From: Octopus vulgaris
Taxonomy: Eukaryota
Assembly (NCBI GenBank): GCA_951406725.2
Contig: OX597815.1
Span: 112,530,001-112,594,000 of the forward strand
Length of the DNA: 64,000 nucleotides
Direction: 5' to 3'
Part shown: positions 54,093 to 64,000 of the stretch, piece by piece
Numbering within the stretch: position 1 is the stretch's first letter
Layout: each line of letters starts with the position of its first letter
Translations under genes and position numbers: made by a program
The notes under the pieces: model-generated
The model's database searches: none
Seen by the model: the letters and a program-made list of their open reading frames with translations, nothing else
Told to the model about the DNA's origin: nothing

Positions 54093-55442
54093 GATTTGAA
54101 CTTACCCTCTGAAACAATTACCGAGGACCAACTCTACGGAGTAAAGATTGGCTATAAGAGAATCCAGGTGAGCAGATATGGGAGCAATTATGCAAATAAG
54201 CAAATAAAACTGCTTGGGTTTGATATAGTATATTTATATATGTACACATGTAAATAGAGAGAAGACAAGGACTGAAGATTTTCAGAAGACGAATATTCAA
54301 GTATAAATACATAAATATTTATATATTAACAGAGCAAAGTTGCCCAGCGTACAGAAGACTCATACTATTAGAGTGGGGAAGGTCTGATGTTACAAGTCTG
54401 ACAGCTGTTTCTCGAGGCTCGGAGGCGCTTCATAGTATTGGTTGATGTAGTTCACCATCATATGCCACCAGTAATGTAATCTAATAAACGTTGGATAGTT
54501 CCGACCTCTGTCTTCGAGTTGGAGAGATAAAAATCTGAACTACATCTGCAAACATTATGAAGTAACCTCAAGCTCCAGAAACAGCTGTCGAACTTGTAAC
54601 ACCACACCTTTTCCCCTTTAATCTTTTGTGTCTTTTGCACTAGTTTTCTGTGTTAAGTTTTCTTTATAAATATATAAATATTTGTATTCGTATATTAAAA
54701 ATGAATGAAATATAATGGTGTACAGTGATAATATAAGAAATATAACATTTCAGCCAGGCTTTTCATTAGATAAGCATGAAGATAATGTCTAAGGTCAAAG
54801 AAGAAATTATATAGTGAAAGACAAAAATTGCTTGGATGAATGTGAAAGTTGCAAAGATGATTTTAAGCTTGTCAAATAATAAAATTACTATACTCAAGCA
54901 AGGTCTATGTACAACGTCGTACTTAGAAGTTTAAAATATTTTTTCATTTAAACTGGACATAAATATTTTGATGCAAATTTGCGATGTAATGAGCTTAAAT
55001 TTTAAAAAGCGGTTGCATATTCAGAATAATTATAATTTGTTGTTTTTATTCCTCTATTTTTTCTTCATCTGGTACCAGACTTTAGGCTTTGACAATGCTA
55101 CAACACTATTTTCAGTATAGTCAAATTCACCTGCCATGCTCTCATCGGTTTAGAATCTCTAAATTGCTAAAACATGCAACTGTGAAAATTAAAATTATAT
55201 TCATTCATTAATATTAACCAATTCTTCATAGATGACGTAATACTGCGTGTATGAAGTGTTGCTAGTTTTAATATTCCATGTTAGATATGTGTAATTAAAT
55301 TGCTTCATTTAATATATTTGTACGCTATAATATGCATGCGTATAAAGTACATATGTATACACAAGTTATTTTAGAAACTTGCCTTTTTTTTCTAAATATT
55401 TTAAATATAACTACAATAGTAGACAGGCAGACAGATATATAA

Positions 55443-55572
<130 letters not shown>

Positions 55573-56960
55573 GCTGAAAACAAACGTCTCATAGTTGTCA
55601 ATTTATTACAAAGAGTTGTTCGTATCATCTGTTTTTGTGGTGGGTGATGCATGCATGTGTGCATTAACATGATACTAGATATTATATAATATGACATCAC
55701 CTGTGAAGTATACAAGGGTTTTCAATAGTTTTGTTGTCTTATCTATCCAGGATGCTATTTTGCCAAAGCAATCGCTCATGTTACTTCTTTGGATATCAGT
55801 GTGTACGAATTCGGTAGTGATCAATAAAGAACCGCGCAATACAGTATTGAAATTTGGTAATCAGCTAATTCTTCCATTAGCTATTATTTTCTCTTTTACT
55901 GTTCAATTGATGACATCAGTAATAACTCTAATATAACTCTAATCAAATGATTGTTCCATGTTCATTCCAAAGTAATTAACATTTTATACCTCTATATAAT
56001 GAATTTGTTGTTTTAGTGTGACGAGATTGGTTTTAAGCAAGTTCGTAAATTTTGGACTTAAATTTCAATTGTAAACTAATTCCACACTTTCTTTACAGCC
56101 TGAATAATTTAAGAGGGCTCCCCCCTCCCCAGCAGTAGCCATAAACAATAATTTAAGCACTAAATTAGCAATTATCTTTTATATCAGTTATTTAATATCG
56201 TTTTATATGAGCATATAATATAATCAAAGATTAAATAATAATCCTCATTGAGAAAAGAGTCATTAATTTTTTACAAATATTTGAATAAAAAGATGAATTC
56301 TTTTAAATGCTTCCTGCATTAAGTATGCTAACATTAAACTTAACATCATAACGTTGCTTGCAAAAACAATACGATTCCATGACAATGAACACGTTCTACA
56401 GCTAGGTGTTTCACAAATTTTAGGATAACTTTTCAATCAACCATATTGTACAAACATTCCTCTTTTCAAAATGATGTATTTTGATTATTATAACATTTAT
56501 TTGAGGGAGAGAAAATAAAAATTATAACCATTGATTTTCTCTCCTGACTTGTCTTTCACATTTTATGATTATGAACATGGTTTCACTCTTGATAAGTGCT
56601 TCTAGTTCTCATAGCAACTTACGGTCTGATATACTGATATGTTTCCTTACAGTGCCAACGGTTCACTTCTAATGGGAAATTAATCCATATATATTCTAAA
56701 ATCATCGAAGTGGAAAAATAAGACAAGTATTGGAACTAATTCCATCTATTAACATTTCTACAAGGAGACACGTAACATATTCAAAGCAATCCTGATTTTA
56801 GAAAGTTTGTAAGTTAACTTCAAGTCATAAAATATAGTGGCTGATATAATCAATATACAATTGTTAGAATATACAACTATATCTCGTTTTATAAGTCTAG
56901 ACGACATAATGTTATCTAAAATGATTTATTCAAGTCTCGAATAATTTTGTTTCGAATTGG

Positions 56961-57253
56961 TAAAATGAAGAGCCATTGAAATAACGACCTTTATCAAAAT
57001 CTATGAGAACAGATTGATCAAAGCTAACTGTGCAAAGATTTCATGGAAATGGTTAAAATTAGGAAACATTTTGTAGATATGAGCGGAAATTTCTTACGGA
57101 TGAAAGCTTTTGTAGGTGAATGCATACGCTGTTTCAATGAACCTTTAATTAATGTAGAACAAAATTTTTAAAATATGTACAAAATTAGAAAACATTTCCC
57201 TTTCAATAATGGGATACGTGGGATGGTAATGGCTCGCAGCTTAAAAGGAAAAA
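56961..57253 (+). repeat. Copy 2 of the ~295-bp direct repeat
   Basis: Aligns to 48811-49107. Confidence 0.92.
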
Positions 57254-57849
57254 AAAAGTAGCTGGAACATAAATTGAACAAACAATTCTGCTAAATTTAT
57301 GCTTTTCTGTATGTCTTTTTCTAGTGAGAAATTTCTATTCTCAGCTTCGATTTTATACCAGGTAGTTTTGCAAAAGTGTTCTTCGAATATACATACAGAT
57401 ATACACACGTGTCCTCACACTCACGTGCACACATGCTGATATTTAATTTCCTGATGTCGAGTGTGATAAAAAGTATTTTGTAAAATATGCTGATAATCCA
57501 TAATTTTTTCGTTTGAATCAAAGAATTTGACATAAACTAAGTCATGGAAAACAGCTATTGCCCGAGCATCAGTATCGACAAATGTAAAAGAAAGTTAATT
57601 TCGTGAATCAATACAATGTAAAAATGTTTGACATACAGGTCAGTTTTGATCCTTATTAGAAAACTTGTGTCCCTTTTCGTCCCATCATTTTTTTCTTGGA
57701 AGAACAGCCACACTACACATCCTTCCGTAAAACCCCTGCCAAATCCATTCATTTTCGTCCAACCGCTCTCCACGTTCCTCATCCCACATACACAAATGCA
57801 ATGTAATGAAATACCTCCAATTCCTTCAAACAGGTAAAGCTATAGGCCC

Positions 57850-59245
57850 TGAAAATAATATTTCTATTAACCTCCAATGTTGCATTACAGAAGTTCTTCA
57901 ATTTCTTAATCTTTAGTCGTATACTTTGACATTTGGCGACACTTGAGTGTTTTCCATTCTAAAGGAAAGAAATCTCTCAGATCCAGCCAAATATCGTCTT
58001 CTTGTTCTCACCTCCAACACCCCTAAGATAACGAAGTCAGCCATTAACTCTGACCCTATCCAAAACTTTGAGTCTCTCTCTCCTCACGGCCATCTACTAC
58101 AGCTTCCGCAGAGACCGATCTACTGGAGATCTGATTTTTTTGCATGTGTATGTGTCAACTACTAATAAGATTTCACTTTAGACAAGTTCCGTAAAAGACA
58201 TCAGCAAATTCTTCGGTTGTATCTGACACGCAAATATCTAATTAAAACGGATATGTATTGATGGAGTTCTTTCCTCTCTACTCTTAATCAGCTCTAGTTA
58301 TTGCCAGGATTTGGTATTGTCCTGCCACCACTATATTCCTTCTATGTCTCAATGACTTAGATTCTACCACATCAAACAACATCCACTTTTTATGCAAATG
58401 ATACACCTGTTTCTTTCTCTCTGATTTGTTCTCACTGACTCTAAATACCATATACCAAATCTGTATCGATTACAAAAACGGGGATCTTGAGAATATCTTT
58501 CAGCAAGGTTCTTCCAGTACTGGTTATTTTGACAGTAAAAAATACTCAAGCATTATTTCCAATGAAGTCACTGAACTGCACCGAAACCCACTAAAAATGT
58601 ATGGCATGCAAGGAGAGGCCTCACATTCCCTCAATGCTGAACCTGGGTATTACTGAAAATCATTTTTGGTGAAAACTCATTCTTTATCAAAACTAGGATA
58701 GTATCCAAAAGACTGGGTCTCCTCTTCAGAACTAAAAAATATTTTAGCCCCAACCTCCGGTCACTCTCTACAAGGTGCAAGTGTAGCCTGTAATGGAATT
58801 AGACACCCACATCTAGAACGATGCTGCTACTCCCTGCACAGACAACCTGGATTGCAACAAGACGGGCCATTTGGCTGATTAGTACTCCATCAGTAACCGA
58901 CACCGTTTATCGTCTGTCCTACAGACATACTGTCTCATCTCTCTCATATTTCTCTCTCTCTTTCTCTCCCTCTCTCTTCTTTCGCTAGTGCAATGATGTC
59001 TGTTCTTCGGAGCATGTTGGTCCCGTACCGCCACTATTCATCTTTACACCTTTCGTGACACACAAACCATTACGTTCAGTTCTTTCTCACAAGAAGAGAA
59101 TATCGGCGCTCTGAAACATTTTCTCTTCTCATTTCGTTCCTGCCGGTTTTGACCTACAAGAGGCTAAACGGAACATTGTTGATATCAAGGCCACTTGTCT
59201 CTAAAGACCTTCAACGGTCAGGTGCCACTTGTCTCTAAAGACCTT
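57850..59245 (+). mobile_element. Decayed 5'-truncated LINE reverse transcriptase (CR1/L2/Jockey-like)
   Basis: ILKERNLSDPAKYRLLVLTS (cf. PKKGDxSDPxNYRPIALTS), YSFRRDRSTGDL, IFLLCLNDL, FYAND(T) (cf. YADD) in order; ends with duplicated GCCACTTGTCTCTAAAGACCTT. Confidence 0.8.
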
Positions 59246-59912
59246 CCAGACACAATAAATAAATATATATTCAAACGTTATAATTCATCAGTCCTTCTTG
59301 CACTGTAAAATATATTTTACAATGTTTATATTCATAGGTATAAACATATTCTAAATTATTACTTAAGGACTTTTAGGCATATTGGTAGCAGCATAAAAAT
59401 GGTCAATAAAACCCTAGTTGCGGTTTATACTTTTCTCATTGCATTTTGTTTGAAATTCAATTACGCAGCCAAACTTTCTGTTATTTATGTCATTATAGCA
59501 ATCAGCTTCAACCTACACTAACGTATCAAGTATAGCTTACTTTGAAGATTCTCTTCCATAACTCCGAGATACATTCATGCAACAGCACAGTTAGCAGTAA
59601 GTAGGTATATATTCTCTCTAGATTGAGTAATGTATTTATATTTTATGAGAAGCGTTATCCACGCAAACTGTCAGAACATAACTCTAAATAAATGCCATAT
59701 AAAATTCATATACTTCAATCTGTTTCAGATTCAGGTTTTCTTCCTTTTCTTATTAGTTGTGAAAGTTTCAGAATTTCTGGAAAAGTAATATATCTTTTAG
59801 TACTTTCATCTGTGGATTACGGAGACCGTCATATCAACTTTTGCTAATTCATCTGTACCTTCTCACGGCAATCACAGCTCATTTCCTGTCTGTCTATCTA
59901 TCTATCTATCTC

Positions 59913-59980
<68 letters not shown>

Positions 59981-59992
59981 CCTATCTATCTA

Positions 59993-60033
<41 letters not shown>

Positions 60034-61625
60034 ATCATCTATCAGTATATTTAAATATCCAACATTTTTTTTTTATACCGCTGCAAACTTCTTAAATATC
60101 CATTATTGCTCTCACTCCCTTGGTTGCTCCTCAAAACCACATCTCAATATAAATCATATTTAAGTTCCTGCACCTTCCTTAAACTAATCCCCATTATCCT
60201 CTATTCAACATGTAACATGATCAGATAGAAATGGACCCAACACTTTCTAAGTAATACACTTTTGCAAAATGTGACAGATATATCTTATTCAAAAATGAAT
60301 GCATCGCCTGTATTAGCTTCGGCAAGATTTACCACGTAACATTTTAGTTGTGTTTACAGTAGTGTTATATAATATTTTTACTTAATCTACTTAACGAGCA
60401 AATTAAGGATACGCACTGAGATATCAAAATCCCCTTTGCTCAAGAAAATTGCATTTCTCCCACCATGGATGTCTACCTTGATATTTTGTAGTAGCGTACG
60501 TATATTGTTATTACCACTATCTCTCACTGAGAGAGAGAGACAGGGAGAAATAGACAGATAGAGACGGGAGAAGAACTGATAGATAGACAAATGTATAGAT
60601 AGATGGATCCATGGATGGCTACATGGATGGTTGGATCAGCAGATATATGGAATATGTATGTATATGTACATATGCATATACACACACTTCCAAATGGACA
60701 CACATATGTTTATATCTATATACATATGTACTTATGTATATGAATTCATGTGCGAATTATGCTATATGCCTATATACCAGGGCATTTATAGAAATGTATG
60801 CACAAACACATGCATCTGCATACGCTACGCACATACGCATACGATTATGCCCATACACAAAATAGTAATTTTCATTCTAAAGGCAAGGATTTTACAGACT
60901 GAAGCATTAATCCACTTAAAAGATTTTTGTAGTTGCGAAGCCAGTTTCTATCATACATGTAACATAAAACTGTCCATTATGTACATAACACACAGACTAA
61001 GATTGAAAATATAAAACATCAACTATGGAAGTATAATAGAAAGCTTAAACAGCCTCAGCTGCTACTGTTGCCGCAGCTGATTAATAAAATGCAAACAAAG
61101 CTAGGAAACACTATATAACTAATAAAAGAAAATTTTACAAAAATATTCTACTATAGAAAGAGAAATGAGAATTCATTATCGATCGAAACCAATCACTCAG
61201 TTTCACTGAACGCCTGCGAGCGGGTATACTTACGGTACGTTTAGTGAGGAAAAAATATAAGCGTTTTTTTTTCTAAGTTTATATTTATTTTTGAAATATA
61301 AGATATTAGCGTGATATAGAATTTAGCAAGAGAGTGAGTCAAAGATACAGAATATAGAACGTTATCATTAATACTATTAATATTGTTGTTGTTTCTGTTG
61401 CTATTATTGAATGTTGATTTATGCTTTTATATTAGGACAAGATCGGAACAGGGATACACGCAAGTGTAATTCCACTTGCGTATACCTACATTAATATATA
61501 CTTGCGTGTATGTGTATGTATATATATATAGATATGTGTGTGTGTATATATATATGTATATATGTATATATATGAATATATATATAAATATATATATGCG
61601 TGTGTGTGTGTGTGTTTGCGTATAT

Positions 61626-61706
<81 letters not shown>

Positions 61707-62244
61707 AATATACACACACAAACACACACATATATACATACATTCAGAAAGATGTATATGCATATGTTCTATGTGTATGTGTGTAAATATCTCTGACTGT
61801 ATGCTATTTGTACTGACGATTGTATAATTATATATGTATGCAGATACATGTAACACAATATTGACCATTATTCAGGAATTCTTATGTGCTTAGTGTTTCA
61901 AAAAGATTTCACTGAGTTTTTTTGGCAAAGCGATAAACTATCTAGAAACCTCCTGGCTAACACACGAGAATTAACTTCGTAAATATAAGACTAAATATTA
62001 TTAACATTGAAAATATTTTTTATGGAATTGGCAGAATTGAGTTATAATATGCGACAGTCAGTCAAGACACGTATTCACAAAACATTATCGGTATTAAAAC
62101 ATACATAGGAAAAACATTCGAGATACAATAGGAAACAAGCCTCAAGTGTAGATGTAAATTTTTAAAAACCCGGTAATACGAAACACGTTCATATATAAAA
62201 GTACATTAACGCACACACACACTCTCATATGAATATACACACAC

Positions 62245-62354
<110 letters not shown>

Positions 62355-62366
62355 AGAGAGAAATAG

Positions 62367-62442
<76 letters not shown>

Positions 62443-62749
62443 TCACTGTCGCATCCACGATTCGCACCAAATTAATTTTTCCACACAATACCTTAACTCA
62501 CAGATATTTATAGAGTACGAGATTTAATGCAATCATACCTACTTATCAACTATTACATATATCATATCACAAAAGCCGAATTTTAATATGGCTGCAACTA
62601 AACTAGGCTTTCATCCTTAACGCTACTCTATTTTTTGTATTAATTTGTCATAAGACACAGGTAGCTTTGCGGGCTGGACAAGACATTAATGAAATGAATT
62701 ATAACGATGCAAGGATGATAAGGATGGGAGAAGACAGAACGCGCCCGCT

Positions 62750-64000
62750 AACCCTCTGCTTCTCTATAACGTTCTTCTTTCACAAACATACATTGAGGTA
62801 TTAAACCTCTTACGTTTTTCAATATTTCAACGCTACTCACCAACAAAAGACACCAAGTCCATAATAACAATTCTTCGTGAGACATCTGCAGTGTTACATA
62901 CAAGAACTCGACAAACTGGTTGACGACAAATTCTACAACCTCTTCAGATCTAGTAACAATTATCAACATAGCACAGCAACGAAGAATGCATAATATCTTC
63001 TTCCAATTTTTACATTGCAGCGTTGGATCAGAATCAGTCCTTTCATAATTCACCAGCATCATAATTACTACGGATACTACAGTATAAACATAGAATAGCA
63101 TAATTATAGTCACATCTAAAAGCCGTATCCCCTATGTTAAAGTAGAAAACACAGATTTGCATTAGTTTAAGCAAAGGCTATACATAACAGAGACAGCCAA
63201 TATACCCAAATCTCATACAGCACAAATAAAGTTTAATTATTAAATGAGTAAATACAAATATACAAAATGAAAATAAACTACAGTAACAAAAAATTGGTGA
63301 AAGTGTCTCTCTAATAAAAAGTACAGACATAACATAAGGGAAATGGTGGGGTCAGTAACAATAATCACACTACACTATATTTCACAAAAACAACCTCAAA
63401 TAGTGCTCTTCTAAGAAATTTCTTAGAAATCGTCCAGCGAGAAAAACAAAAAGATAACAAAAGAGAAAATACAAAACTACAATTTTTTCTTCCATCACCC
63501 AAAAATCGATAGGGGAACTTAAAAACTGAAAATACCTCAGAATTGGCAAAATCGCAAACAAATACTTGAAAGCACCTTTGGCTGGATGTAATCACTGCAC
63601 GCACCAACATTCACTGAAATAACTGAAAATTTACCCCTCACTTCTGCGTAATCCCCCCAAATTTCTACAAAGCTTAATCCTGGACGTCCTTAATCCCCAC
63701 ATATTTCCCAAATCACAATATACACTCAGCTCATTATACTCAACCACCTCACAACTCGTAAATCTGCCACAGGAAGTTACATGATGTTTTAAGTGACATA
63801 AACCTACAACGCACAACAGGTAAACTTTCTGACTCTATTTCCCACTATCGAATCATGCAAAAAGAAATACTGAGTGCTGTCTAAATAAAATAAAATAAAT
63901 TATCAATCATTTAATTTGTGAAGTCGCCCAACCAATATATCGTATATGAACAATATTACGATCAGCATTTTCTGGAAAATGACTGCGAGATCCGCCATCT
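62750..64000 (+). mobile_element. Possible decayed PLE-like RT region, runs off window end
   Basis: A/C-rich coding-like bias; LDVITARTNIH near 63585 loosely resembles the PLE DVxSLFTNIP motif. Confidence 0.3.

Overview
AT-rich, microsatellite-dense eukaryotic DNA. The tRNA-derived SINE families and repeat make-up suggest a cephalopod (octopus-like) genome; this is inference, not a database match. I find no intact protein-coding gene: almost all listed ORFs are microsatellite read-throughs or decayed transposon fragments. The window holds two APE-type LINE remnants, three Helitron relics (one with both termini), a mariner relic and a complete but decayed DD37D/maT element. It also holds many Penelope-like (PLE) fragments, an R4/Dong-like 3' fragment inside a (TAA)n tract, four tRNA-SINE families and two adjacent fold-back elements. 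The most notable signal is about ten hammerhead-ribozyme (HHR)-like motifs. Two of them form the tails of a head-to-head pair of tRNA-headed SINE-like units at 17950-18996, a candidate Pol III SINE carrying a Penelope-type ribozyme tail. A few small splice-site-bounded segments (13.1-13.8 kb, 38.4 kb) may be exons of a host transcript. Boundaries of decayed elements are approximate and were read by eye.
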